A stretch of DNA of 64,000 nucleotides from Turneriella sp. (lineage in GTDB: Bacteria; Spirochaetota; Leptospiria; Turneriellales; Turneriellaceae). Within the stretch, counting starts at the first letter, position 1. Each line of letters starts with the position of its first letter. The stretch lies in assembly GCA_965279515.1 (NCBI GenBank), contig CBDIID010000003.1:2784001-2848000 (forward strand), read 5' to 3'. Positions 1-9,675 of the stretch are shown here, one piece after another. Below the pieces are notes generated by a model, which was not told the origin of the DNA, ran no database searches, and saw nothing but the letters and a program-made list of their open reading frames with translations. Both the position numbers and the translations under genes were made by a program.

Positions 1-1271
1 GCAAAATTATGGTTATCAATTTCTTTACGTCTTTCGGCATAATTCGAACTTGCATAAAGCTGATCAAACAACTCGGGCAAGACATTATTTTTTACGTGCT
101 GCCCGTAGTAGGTTACGGCATTCTGTCCCTGATAAAGATTTCGTTTGCGTACTCCGAGCGCATCGATCCCTAGCTCGACGGCGATATCTTCCAGAATATT
201 CTCGATAGCCGCTACCCCCTGCGGTCCGCCAAAGCCACGGAACGCAGTGTTGGATGGATAATTCGTACGGCAGATGGTTCCCGTGGCGCGCAGGTTGGGA
301 ATGTCATAGCAGTTATCGGTATGGAAAAGAGTGCGTGAGATAATCGAAGTCGAAAGGTCTGCCGTGCAACCGCCGTCGGAAAAATAATCGATCGCAAGTG
401 CAGTAACCCGGCCCTCTGCGGTAAATCCCACTTCGTAAAAAGATTTCACCGGGTGGCGTTTGCCCGTCACCATCATGTCGGTGTCTTTGTCGAACTGGCA
501 GCGCGCCGGCCGGCGTGTCTTCGCTGCCACAATACCCGCCATCAGCGCGGGCATCACCGCTTGCGTCTCTTTTCCCCCGAAGCCGCCGCCCATGCGCTTG
601 CAGATACAGATGACATCGCTGTGCTTGAGGCCCAGAACTTCGGCGACTACCTTCTGTACTTCGGTGGTATTCTGCGTCGAGGAATGCACGACAAGTTCGC
701 GGCCCTCGCCCGGCACAGCATACGCGGCCTGCGACTCAAGATAAAACTGTTCCTGGCCACCGGTAAAGAATTCACCTTTCAAGCTGCGTTCTGCCGTTTT
801 CAGCGCGGCTTCAACATCACCCTGTTCCATCTTGATGGTCTTGTCTATGAAGAGTTTTTTTTCGCGCGCCTCGTCGATCGAGAGCACGGCGGGCAACTCC
901 TTCAGCTCAAGCTTCACGGCTTTTTTGGCGAGATTTACCAGGTCGCGCGTCGGCGCCGCTACAACAACAATGGGCTCACCCAAATAATGCGCGTGTTTTT
1001 CCGCTAAGAAAACTTCATCTTTGATAATCGGGCCAAAGAGGTTGATGCCTTCGATATCCTTATGAGTGAATACAAACGCTCCGGGAATTTCACTGACCCC
1101 GCTGGTATCGACCCTGAGGATTTCACTATGCGCAAATCTACTGCCCACGAAGTCGACGATGAGCTCGCCGGGTAACTGCGGCATATCATCGATATACGGC
1201 GCCGCGCCCTGCACATGGCCAATAGCCGATTCGTGCGGGTGTGAAACTCCGACTGCGCCCGTCGCCGTCAT
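1..1271 (-). CDS. xdhB: xanthine dehydrogenase molybdopterin-binding subunit (partial, runs off left edge)
   Basis: Not in the ORF track because it has no stop in the window. Manual translation from ATG 1271 gives MTATGAVGVSHPHESAIGHVQGAAPYIDDMP..., with later GKRHP and TAFRGFGGPQG motifs typical of XdhB. Confidence 0.95.
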   Translation of the reverse strand, partial: MTATGAVGVSHPHESAIGHVQGAAPYIDDMPQLPGELIVDFVGSRFAHSEILRVDTSGVSEIPGAFVFTHKDIEGINLFGPIIKDEVFLAEKHAHYLGEPIVVVAAPTRDLVNLAKKAVKLELKELPAVLSIDEAREKKLFIDKTIKMEQGDVEAALKTAERSLKGEFFTGGQEQFYLESQAAYAVPGEGRELVVHSSTQNTTEVQKVVAEVLGLKHSDVICICKRMGGGFGGKETQAVMPALMAGIVAAKTRRPARCQFDKDTDMMVTGKRHPVKSFYEVGFTAEGRVTALAIDYFSDGGCTADLSTSIISRTLFHTDNCYDIPNLRATGTICRTNYPSNTAFRGFGGPQGVAAIENILEDIAVELGIDALGVRKRNLYQGQNAVTYYGQHVKNNVLPELFDQLYASSNYAERRKEIDNHNF

Positions 1272-1663
1272 GTGATTCTCCCGACTGCCTTCAGATAGGC
1301 AATCGTGGTTCCGAAAATAAGACCAGCCACAGCGGTTAAAGGTGCAATTCTCAGCAGGCGGGGAAACCGCGTCGCCGCGCCGCGATAAACACGAACCGAT
1401 AAGAACAGAATCAACCCCAAACCACAGATGCAGAAAATCCCGAGACCCAGTGTGACATAGTCTCCCGGAAGTTGTGGCTGAAGCAGTCCGGTAAGGCGGC
1501 GGTACGCTGTGACCGCGACACCGCCGAGGATTATACCCAGGGTGGGTGGCAAAAAGATCAAAACCGTCATCAGCCTGGGTTCCAGAAGATCCATCACCCG
1601 CCGCCGGCGCTCCGCCTTTTGTTCGGCGCGCTTTATCGTTTCATTGCCTGCGCCGATTTCCAT
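1268..1663 (-). CDS. small membrane protein (about 3 TM) inserted between xdhA and xdhB
   Basis: 131 aa with three hydrophobic stretches. Starts 2 nt after the xdhA stop, and its TGA overlaps the xdhB ATG (ATGA). Confidence 0.7.
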   Translation of the reverse strand: MEIGAGNETIKRAEQKAERRRRVMDLLEPRLMTVLIFLPPTLGIILGGVAVTAYRRLTGLLQPQLPGDYVTLGLGIFCICGLGLILFLSVRVYRGAATRFPRLLRIAPLTAVAGLIFGTTIAYLKAVGRIT

Positions 1664-1665
1664 AC

Positions 1666-3117
1666 TTAGCCCGCCTTAACACTCGCCGCATTTACGGTTT
1701 CAAAATGAAATTTCCGGAACAGGTTACGGATCAGAATCTTTCGGAAATCCGCCGAACCCCGCACATCGCTCTGCGGTTGCACTTCTGACATCGCAGATTC
1801 ACCGGCTTTGCGAAACCCTTCTTCTGAAAGTTCAGTACCCATCAAGAGCTTCTCCGTATTGCTGAGGCGCAGAATGGTCGCCGCAACGCCACCCGCAGCC
1901 AGTTGCGCACCGGCAATTTTAGATCCGGCCATTTGCAGGTGGATGGCCAACGTCACGGTTGAAATATCGAGATCACGGCGCTTCGATACTTTGTAGAGCT
2001 TGAACAAACTGCCCGGCTTGGGTAACGGTACGATAACTTTCGTCAAAAGTTCATCGGGCTTCAGGTCGAATTTTCTATAACCCGTGTAAAAACTATGGAT
2101 GTCAATTTCACGCGAGCCCGTAGCCGAGGTGACGACCAGGCGCGCACCCAATGCATAAAGGCACGGCAACGAATCGGCGATCGGCGAAGCGTTGATGATA
2201 TTGCCGCCAATGGTAGCGGCGTTTCTGATCTGCTCTGCGGCAAAAATCTTGAGGATGCCATGCAGTTCAGGCAATTCGGTTTTTGTGACAGCCAGCACGT
2301 CAGACCAGTTCGCCGCCGCGCCGATTTCGAGCGCATCACCTTTTTTTTGTATCGCGGCGATTTCATGCAGGTGCGCGATAAACAGCGCCTGCGTAATCAC
2401 CGACCGTCCTTTGTTATGCTGCACGCCGAGGTCAGTGGCGCCCGCTACGATTTTTAATTGCGGCATCGCGGCGCGTAGCTTCAGCGCTTCAGCCAGATTC
2501 GCGGGTTTAAAGAAGGTTTGTCCCGAAGTCGTTCCGATCTTCAGGGATTGGCCGGTGGTTTTCGCAAACTCGGTTTCCATCGTTTTGCGGTCAAAACGTT
2601 CGCTGATTTTGACCTGCTGCGCCGAATTCAGCGCCAAACCGGCTTTGACGATTGCCTCATAACCGGTGCAACGGCAGAGATTCCCAGCGAGTTTGTCTTT
2701 GATGGTAACAGTGGTATGCGACTTTTCTTTTTCAGCCATGTCGGCGAGCGCCATAACAAAGCCAGGCGTACAGAAGCCACATTGCGAACCGAAACACTCG
2801 ACCATCGCCTGTTGCGCGGGGTGCAGCGTACCGTTTTCTGCAAGGGCTTCGACGGTGATGACATGACACGAATCGAGCTGGAATAAAAACTGGATGCAGG
2901 AATCGACAATGCGGTATTCGAGTTTGCCGACGGGGTTCATCCAACCGAGAATGATCGTGCAGGCGCCGCAGTCACCTTCACTGCAAACAATCTTGGTGCC
3001 CGTCATGGCTCTTTTTACCCTGAGCCAGGTCGAGAGCGTCAGAAATGTATCTTCGCCCGAAATCTCAACACGTTCATGGTTCAGATAGAAGACAATCTTT
3101 TCGCGGGTAACAGCCAT
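1666..3117 (-). CDS. xdhA: xanthine dehydrogenase small subunit (2Fe-2S + FAD)
   Basis: GTKIVCSEGDCGACT, SQCGFCTPG, GNLCRCTGY, AEQIRNAATIGGN and KVSKRRDLDIS motifs. Confidence 0.96.
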   Translation of the reverse strand: MAVTREKIVFYLNHERVEISGEDTFLTLSTWLRVKRAMTGTKIVCSEGDCGACTIILGWMNPVGKLEYRIVDSCIQFLFQLDSCHVITVEALAENGTLHPAQQAMVECFGSQCGFCTPGFVMALADMAEKEKSHTTVTIKDKLAGNLCRCTGYEAIVKAGLALNSAQQVKISERFDRKTMETEFAKTTGQSLKIGTTSGQTFFKPANLAEALKLRAAMPQLKIVAGATDLGVQHNKGRSVITQALFIAHLHEIAAIQKKGDALEIGAAANWSDVLAVTKTELPELHGILKIFAAEQIRNAATIGGNIINASPIADSLPCLYALGARLVVTSATGSREIDIHSFYTGYRKFDLKPDELLTKVIVPLPKPGSLFKLYKVSKRRDLDISTVTLAIHLQMAGSKIAGAQLAAGGVAATILRLSNTEKLLMGTELSEEGFRKAGESAMSEVQPQSDVRGSADFRKILIRNLFRKFHFETVNAASVKAG

Positions 3118-3234
3118 GGCAATACAGGTTCGCTTAAGTCAGCATCTTTTGTGCCAAGCGGATGGCAGTAAAGCAGAAAAGCTTTGGGAGAAAAAAGTAC
3201 TCTTGCTTTCGGCGGATTATGCCGATCGACAAGC

Positions 3235-3927
3235 ATGATGTCCCGATTCACCGCCTTCGCCCTCGTTTTCGCTGGCCTCTTTGCCCTCGCTGCAGGTATC
3301 ACCGCGATCGATAGCGCGTATAAAAACGCCCCTGATACCGAGGTAAACCTCGAAGACCAGGCGCTCGATTCTCAGATTAAAGAAGAGATCGTAAAAATTG
3401 AAAAACTGCATACGCTGCGTAACCTGAAATCCATCCACATGGCCCCCCAGCAAACTAAAGTACGCATGAGCAGCAACGGCGAATGCCTCGAAGTCGATGC
3501 GCACGCAGAAAACCATGAAATGGTCCGTATCAAATCTGCACCGATTGACTACAAAGTGCAGAATATTCAGATCTGCTTCACGGGCGATAAAGTGTCACGC
3601 ATCGAATCGGCTTTCACGACCATTTCACTGCGCAAGCAAGAAACCGCAAATAATAGTTTTGTCCATAAAGACCCGGCCAAGGTGGGGGCCAATGATATTG
3701 TACTCACGACGGCAATGAACCAGCGACCGAAGCCGCCGCTACGGGTCGGCGACCTCGAAAACACCAAGGTTAATCCGTTGCGCTTGTCGTTCAAGCGCGA
3801 TTATTATTTACCACACCTGCGCAACACAACCTACATTTTACAGCTCACGTACGATTGGCATAAGCGCGAAGCGGTGAAAACAAACGAAAAAACCGTAAAC
3901 ACCTATATCAACGCGACTACTCCGTAG
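3235..3927 (+). CDS. secreted protein, divergent FcpB-like paralog
   Basis: Signal peptide. C-terminal LENTKVNPLRLSFKRDYYLPHL resembles VENDPSNPNRIKFKRDFYIEHL of ORF 51866-52600. Confidence 0.65.
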   Translation: MMSRFTAFALVFAGLFALAAGITAIDSAYKNAPDTEVNLEDQALDSQIKEEIVKIEKLHTLRNLKSIHMAPQQTKVRMSSNGECLEVDAHAENHEMVRIKSAPIDYKVQNIQICFTGDKVSRIESAFTTISLRKQETANNSFVHKDPAKVGANDIVLTTAMNQRPKPPLRVGDLENTKVNPLRLSFKRDYYLPHLRNTTYILQLTYDWHKREAVKTNEKTVNTYINATTP

Positions 3928-4582
3928 CGCCGGCCTTTTTTAGAATTTTACGGATTTCGTCCGTGTCCTTGCTGGGCGTGCCATAACCCTGGCCGATAAT
4001 GCCCAGCGGGGATTGCCCCTGTTTATTGCGGGTCGTTGCCTGCGCGCCGGCCTTCACCAGCAATTTCACGACGATAAGATCGTCGCGCCGCACCGCATGG
4101 TGCAGCGCGGTTAAACCTTCACTATCCGCCTTATTCACATCAGCGCCGGATTTCAAAAGTAATGCGACAACCTTCGCGACGGCAGCCTTGCGTTTTTCCA
4201 GGGCTTTTGGCCCATCCTTTTTCATTTCTTCTTTGAGACCGGGAGCAGTCCTGCCGCCGCCTGACTTGCGTATATGATGCATATCGAGGCCGCAGACCAT
4301 GAGCGCTGTTTTACCCTCGGCGTCCGTTGTATTAACATCGGCGCCCTTTTTCACCAACGCGGCAACCGCTTCCGGGAAATTACGCTCCGCCGCGTACATC
4401 AACGGTGTGCCGGCATCGGCAGAGCGCTGGTTGAGTTGTGCCGCGTTCGCGGACAGGGCTTCGTTAACCTCTTTGATATCGCCCGAAGCAATGGCGGCCA
4501 TCAGTTTTTGGTTGGGTTCTTCGCCATGTAGCGCCGTCAGCGCCAAGGCGACGAACAAGGTTGGATAAAAAATATTCCGCAT
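3917..4582 (-). CDS. secreted ankyrin-repeat protein
   Basis: GTPLMYAA, GKTALM and GLTALHHAV ankyrin repeats. N-terminal signal peptide. Confidence 0.9.
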   Translation of the reverse strand: MRNIFYPTLFVALALTALHGEEPNQKLMAAIASGDIKEVNEALSANAAQLNQRSADAGTPLMYAAERNFPEAVAALVKKGADVNTTDAEGKTALMVCGLDMHHIRKSGGGRTAPGLKEEMKKDGPKALEKRKAAVAKVVALLLKSGADVNKADSEGLTALHHAVRRDDLIVVKLLVKAGAQATTRNKQGQSPLGIIGQGYGTPSKDTDEIRKILKKAGATE

Positions 4583-4624
4583 AGCGGCCAGCACCGCTCT
4601 CAAACTTCCGCCGGGAATTCTTTT

Positions 4625-5914
4625 TTAAGCTTTGGGGCTGAAAACCCGGACGGGTTTCTCGCGTCCCTTGACGGGAACCTCGCCTTTTTCGACAAACTGA
4701 AAAGATTCCCCCGCAGCAACGCGCACTTCTTCAGAAACGAGAATCTCGCTCGCAAACTGCTTGTTGAGCTGCTCGATGCGCGAAGCCACATTGATGACAT
4801 CGCCAATCACGGTGTATTCCTTACGTTTGTCAGAGCCGACATTGCCCGTCAAAGCCTCGCCGCTGTGAATGCCGATACCGATACCCAGGGCTGCAACAGT
4901 GCCAGCTTCGGTGCGTTTTTTAAGCTCATCGGAAATCACCAGCGCCGTTTTCACGGCGTTGATGGCATGGCTGTTATCGTCGAGCGGCGCGCCAAACACG
5001 GCGAGAAACCCATCACCCAGGAACTTATTGATGATACCCGAATGCGCATGCACGATATCGATCATAAATTCGAGCAATTTGTTGAGCTCAGTATAAACCT
5101 CGTGCGCGCTGCGACTCTCCGAAAATGTCGTAAAACTGCGAATATCGAGAAACAGCGCGGTAATATGGCGGATCTCCGCCAGGTTCGTGTCACGCGACGT
5201 GAGCAGTTTCTGCACGACTTCCTGCGAAACATGTTCGCCGAAGAGCGCCTCAATTTCTTGTTTCTTTCGCTGTGATTCGATAACATGGAGGACGCGCTGT
5301 CTGAGCTGAGACGCGACGAAACCTGCGATCGCCGCGCCGCCCAGAATAAAGAACGCTTTCACAAAGTGGTTGGGCATCGTAAAAAGTAGCGACGGGTATG
5401 GGGGCTGGTTCGTTCCCATAATATGATAAACAAAAGCGATATAGGTAATCGCGGCGCTCAGCCCCGTCGTCAGGCAAATCCAGGGATTCAGCCGCAGCAC
5501 CGATAAGATCACGAAGAAAGCGTACGCGAAAAGCGGTGGCATAGCCAGCCCTGCTGCCAGATCACCCTGGGGCGCGAAGAGCCAGAGCGCAAAGCTCGGT
5601 ACCGTGCCTTCCATCGCAGCGTTGAAAAGACGTCCCGGTAGGGGCAGCGTTTTCTTTTTACGGGCCAGGCGCGAGATCACGGCGAAGGCGAGTGCATAAA
5701 ACACAGTCACACCTCCAAAAAAAGCCGGCAAAAGAGCTACGTTGACGCGGCCACGGAAAAGTTCATTATAACGCTCCGCGGCAACCAGGTAAAAACCGAG
5801 GCTGAGCACAAACATCGAAGCAAAACTGATGACGATAATCTTAATGCGCAGGACTTCGGAAGTGGCAATTTCTTCTGAGAGTGCGTCTAAAAGTTCGGTA
5901 TTCGGGTGGGCCAT
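4625..5914 (-). CDS. membrane-bound class III adenylate/guanylate cyclase
   Basis: About 6 TM segments, then LFLDIRSFT, NKFLGDG and YTVIGDVINVASRIE. Confidence 0.93.
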   Translation of the reverse strand: MAHPNTELLDALSEEIATSEVLRIKIIVISFASMFVLSLGFYLVAAERYNELFRGRVNVALLPAFFGGVTVFYALAFAVISRLARKKKTLPLPGRLFNAAMEGTVPSFALWLFAPQGDLAAGLAMPPLFAYAFFVILSVLRLNPWICLTTGLSAAITYIAFVYHIMGTNQPPYPSLLFTMPNHFVKAFFILGGAAIAGFVASQLRQRVLHVIESQRKKQEIEALFGEHVSQEVVQKLLTSRDTNLAEIRHITALFLDIRSFTTFSESRSAHEVYTELNKLLEFMIDIVHAHSGIINKFLGDGFLAVFGAPLDDNSHAINAVKTALVISDELKKRTEAGTVAALGIGIGIHSGEALTGNVGSDKRKEYTVIGDVINVASRIEQLNKQFASEILVSEEVRVAAGESFQFVEKGEVPVKGREKPVRVFSPKA

Positions 5915-5969
5915 AACGAAGCCTCAAAACGAATCTCAACCTGTAAATTCTCTTTGCCGAACTGAATAG

Positions 5970-6650
5970 CTATTCAGGAATCCGAATACTAAAATCGTCA
6001 AACGCAAAAGAGATTGGAGTGCCTGGCGTGGCGGCAAAACCATAGACACCTGAATAGCCCGTCACATAAGTTGAATCCAGAACAGTTAATGAATCCGATA
6101 CGGCACCGGCTAACTCGCAGCTTAGCTGGTTATATTCCAGTTTAAAGGTTATTAAATATTGATTTCCTACAATAACGGTAATCGGCGATGAAGAAACGGA
6201 CAAATCCGATCGAAGACCTGCACTGTTTTTGAAAATCGTAAGCCTTTTGGGATTTGTAGTCCCGTCAATTCCGCAGAAATATCCATCAGATGGCGCAGAC
6301 TTTAACTTTGATCTCGCAACCAGCATAAGCGAATGGTTCTGCGCGGGAAGAGTGGTTAAGGCCGTAAGCCGAGTGGCATGAAACGATTTCCTTTGATCTA
6401 CTTTGCGTGAACAAGCTACAAAAGTATAGTTTCCCCCGGAAAAATTAACTACAGCATTTTGGTTTATGATTGATGCTTGAAAATAATTAACCCCCGAAAC
6501 CTGCCAATTTTCACCCAAACTTGAAGAATCGCTCCTGTTGAAATCATCATTGCAGAATTCAGGATTGGATTCCCTTTCCATGTTTAATTGCGTACAGCAC
6601 GTAAGAAGCACCAAAATAATTGACCCATAACGCAGTCGAAATCGCAGCAT
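5970..6650 (-). CDS. hypothetical lipoprotein (beta-rich), paralog of 6652-7347
   Basis: Signal peptide ending LLTCC. CNDDFNRSDSSSLGENW motif, C-terminal FDDFS. Lower GC than flanks. Confidence 0.7.
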   Translation of the reverse strand: MLRFRLRYGSIILVLLTCCTQLNMERESNPEFCNDDFNRSDSSSLGENWQVSGVNYFQASIINQNAVVNFSGGNYTFVACSRKVDQRKSFHATRLTALTTLPAQNHSLMLVARSKLKSAPSDGYFCGIDGTTNPKRLTIFKNSAGLRSDLSVSSSPITVIVGNQYLITFKLEYNQLSCELAGAVSDSLTVLDSTYVTGYSGVYGFAATPGTPISFAFDDFSIRIPE

Positions 6651-6651
6651 A

Positions 6652-7347
6652 TTATTGTGCTACCTCCGACTTAAAACTATCAAAGAGTACCGTAATCGGC
6701 CCGCCTGTCCCTTCGCCGAAGAATCCCACTTGGCCGACCTGAAGGGCGCTATCCGTGGTCCGTAAAGCAACCTGACTCGAGCCGATATTTACGCTACACA
6801 AAAGCGATGCCCCATCCATCGCGAAAATAATAGATGCTGTTGTTCCTGCAGGAATACTGGAGATTGAATTATCTACCGCTAACTGTATAACGTTTCCTTG
6901 ACTAACATTAAACAGAGCAATTTTATTTTGATAGAAGCCACATAAATAAAGGTCTGTGATCAAATTCTTCACGCGCGCCACCAAGGCGAATTTGTGGTTT
7001 GCCAAAGCTGTCATTTGAGGCTGAATTCTAAGCGATATTTTAGATTTGGTATGCTCTATGCGATTCTTACAAGCGAGGACAATATACCTAAGCGTCAGAT
7101 CAAGTTTCCCCATTTGGTTGCTGATGCTAACTGTCGGTGGCGCCGAGTAGGGAAATAAGCCTGTAGCCTCCCATTTATCTCCAAGGTCCGAAGAATCTGG
7201 TCGATTAAACTCATCAGAGCATAAATCGTTATTAGAGGCTTCAAGTAAGTCTACTTGCGCGCAGTTTATGAACACTCCCAAGAGGACAAAAAGGGAAAAA
7301 ATAGATCCCGAAACAAAGCGATTAACCGACACCCCCTTAAAAACCAT
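6652..7347 (-). CDS. hypothetical lipoprotein (beta-rich), paralog of 5970-6650
   Basis: Lipobox-like FINC. CSDEFNRPDSSDLGDKW motif, C-terminal FDSFK. Confidence 0.7.
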   Translation of the reverse strand: MVFKGVSVNRFVSGSIFSLFVLLGVFINCAQVDLLEASNNDLCSDEFNRPDSSDLGDKWEATGLFPYSAPPTVSISNQMGKLDLTLRYIVLACKNRIEHTKSKISLRIQPQMTALANHKFALVARVKNLITDLYLCGFYQNKIALFNVSQGNVIQLAVDNSISSIPAGTTASIIFAMDGASLLCSVNIGSSQVALRTTDSALQVGQVGFFGEGTGGPITVLFDSFKSEVAQ

Positions 7348-8359
7348 AACCCATACCCATTAAAACTTGCAGGGTGTTTAAATCTGCGCCCTGGAATAGG
7401 ATATGTGAGTAACTTCCCATCACTGATAGCGAAAGAGTTCGCCAGAGAATATAACGTAACTCCAGATTTGCGCGCAGTTCAATGTCCCGCGATTGCAATA
7501 TGGCATTGTCAAAATCCCGCTGCAGCTCGGAAATTGCAGCACCCACGAGTGCCGAGAAATGGATGGTAAACGTTCGAAAAGCTGAATAGCCGAAATCCAC
7601 GCCACCCAATATAGAAACGGGTTGAATACGTAAGCCAGGAAAGATACCTGCTTTATTCTGGTATTTAACGTAAGAGCCTGCAATTACAGGTGAAAAATGG
7701 AATCTACCCGACTGAAATGCCGAATAACCAATCTGACCATAAATTCCGAATGCGCCTTTGTAAATTTCGCTGAATTGTCCCTGCAGTGGCGCCGAGTAGA
7801 ATCCGTAGACACCAACGTGAAGTTCGTTTGTTTTTTGATAGCGAATAATTTCTTCGCGTGGGAGCGGAGGTAAGGCTGTTTTCATTTTCATACTCATCTT
7901 ATTGGAAAGCATATTAATGCCCTCAAATAATTTCAGGCTGGTTACCTGCATGACAATATTTTCCGTCACTTTTACCCGTTGGGATTGAACGTCGATAGCT
8001 TGAGCCTGAACCTGGGCAACTCCCTGGATCGTCAGAAAATTACCAATCAGCACAATATCAGCCTCAGCTTTCTTTCCCAAACCAACTGCCGTTTCAATTT
8101 CGTATAACTTAGCGGCCGAAATTTGCAGATCTTGAGCGAGTTTGCGACCTTTTTGTGGATCAAGGATATCAAAGGAGCCCGTTTCCTCCAAAGGTTTTAC
8201 AAAGGAATCGGGAATTGTTGGTGTTAGGAAATCACTCGCCACATCTTTTTTCTGGTTAACGAAATCCAGAATCAACACACGGCGCTTAATCATTTCCTTA
8301 GCACCGATAGTGGAAGAATACACCAGGAACAAAAGGAAGAATAAGCAATAATTTTTCAC
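7337..8359 (-). CDS. putative outer-membrane protein: TolB/FlgO/CsgG-like N-domain plus beta-barrel C-domain
   Basis: RVLILDFVN...LGKKAEADIVLIG N-domain. Alternating beta-strand pattern in the C-half, ending MGMGYGF. Start codon uncertain. Confidence 0.6.
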   Translation of the reverse strand: MKNYCLFFLLFLVYSSTIGAKEMIKRRVLILDFVNQKKDVASDFLTPTIPDSFVKPLEETGSFDILDPQKGRKLAQDLQISAAKLYEIETAVGLGKKAEADIVLIGNFLTIQGVAQVQAQAIDVQSQRVKVTENIVMQVTSLKLFEGINMLSNKMSMKMKTALPPLPREEIIRYQKTNELHVGVYGFYSAPLQGQFSEIYKGAFGIYGQIGYSAFQSGRFHFSPVIAGSYVKYQNKAGIFPGLRIQPVSILGGVDFGYSAFRTFTIHFSALVGAAISELQRDFDNAILQSRDIELRANLELRYILWRTLSLSVMGSYSHILFQGADLNTLQVLMGMGYGF

Positions 8360-8487
8360 TGGATTAGCACCGGAAAAATGAACGTCACGTAAATAGACTT
8401 TCACCAATAGCTGCCAGGAATTCCGGTGTTTTTCCTCGGGCTCAAAATCCTTGACCCGGCATAACGCGGCACACCAACGCTACCATT

Positions 8488-9675
8488 ATGGAATCTTACC
8501 TTCTCGACTGGTTACAACTCGGCGTGCGCTGGCTGCACATGATCGCCGGCATCGCCTGGATCGGCGCCTCGTTCTATTTCGTCTGGCTGAATAATAACGT
8601 CCGCCGGCCCGTTGAGCCCAATGCTCCCGATGGCGAAAAAGATGGCGAGCTGCATGCCATCCACGGCGGCGGGTTTTACCGCGTGCAGCGCTATGCGCTC
8701 GCGCCGAAAGAACTTCCCCATGACCTGCATTGGTTTAAATGGGAAGCGTATACGACATGGCTTTCGGGCATCAGCCTTCTGGCCTTAGTCTATTACCTGA
8801 ATCCCCAGGTCTATCTCGTCGACACCGCCATTGCAAAAATCGGCTCGGGTGCCGCCATCGGCATCGGCGTGGGATTCATACTTGCGGGGTGGTTTGTTTA
8901 CGATTTGCTGCAACGCTCGCCCCTGGGCAAAAGCCAGCTCGCGTTTGGGATTGTTTTCTTCGCTCTCGTCATGGGCGCGACCTGGTTTATCTGCCACACC
9001 TTCGGCGGCCGCGCCGCCTACCTGCATGTCGGCGCGATGCTAGGCACGATCATGGTCGCGAACGTGTTCTTTGTCATCATTCCCTCGCAGCGCGAACTCG
9101 TGCACGCCAAAGAGCAGGGCCGCCTGCCCGAAAAGAAAATGGCCGAAATGGCCAAGAACCGCTCGCTGCATAACAACTACCTGACGCTGCCTGTGCTCTT
9201 TATCATGATCTCGAATCATTACCCGATGACGTTCTCGCATGAATATAACTGGGCGATTCTGGGCGCGATCTCGATGGGTGGGGCGCTTATCCGCCACTGG
9301 TTCAACCTGCGCGGCCAAGGGAAGTCCGCACCATACCTGTGGGTCATCAGTGCGGCCGTCTTCATTGCCGTGATCTGGTTCACTGCCCCCAAAAAACAAG
9401 CCGCTGGGGCGCCCGTCGCATTCAGGGAAGTCGATGCCCTCATGGGTAAACACTGCCGGGGATGCCACTCGGAGAAACCGACAGACGCGATTTTCAAGAT
9501 CGCCCCGAACGGCGTGAAATACGATACCGCTCAGCAGATCGCCGTAATGGCCTCTAAGATCAAACAAAGGGCGGTTGAAACGCCTTCAATGCCCTTTGGA
9601 AACAAGACAAATATGACCCCCGAAGAGCGGGTGCTGCTCGGACGCTGGATCGATCAGGGCGCGAAGGTTGAGTAA
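8488..9675 (+). CDS. puuD: urate hydroxylase PuuD (membrane protein with C-terminal cytochrome c)
   Basis: RWLHMIAGIAWIGASFYF, HWFKWEAYTTWLSG, RSLHNNYLTLPVLFIMISNHYP and a C-terminal CRGCH. Confidence 0.93.
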   Translation: MESYLLDWLQLGVRWLHMIAGIAWIGASFYFVWLNNNVRRPVEPNAPDGEKDGELHAIHGGGFYRVQRYALAPKELPHDLHWFKWEAYTTWLSGISLLALVYYLNPQVYLVDTAIAKIGSGAAIGIGVGFILAGWFVYDLLQRSPLGKSQLAFGIVFFALVMGATWFICHTFGGRAAYLHVGAMLGTIMVANVFFVIIPSQRELVHAKEQGRLPEKKMAEMAKNRSLHNNYLTLPVLFIMISNHYPMTFSHEYNWAILGAISMGGALIRHWFNLRGQGKSAPYLWVISAAVFIAVIWFTAPKKQAAGAPVAFREVDALMGKHCRGCHSEKPTDAIFKIAPNGVKYDTAQQIAVMASKIKQRAVETPSMPFGNKTNMTPEERVLLGRWIDQGAKVE

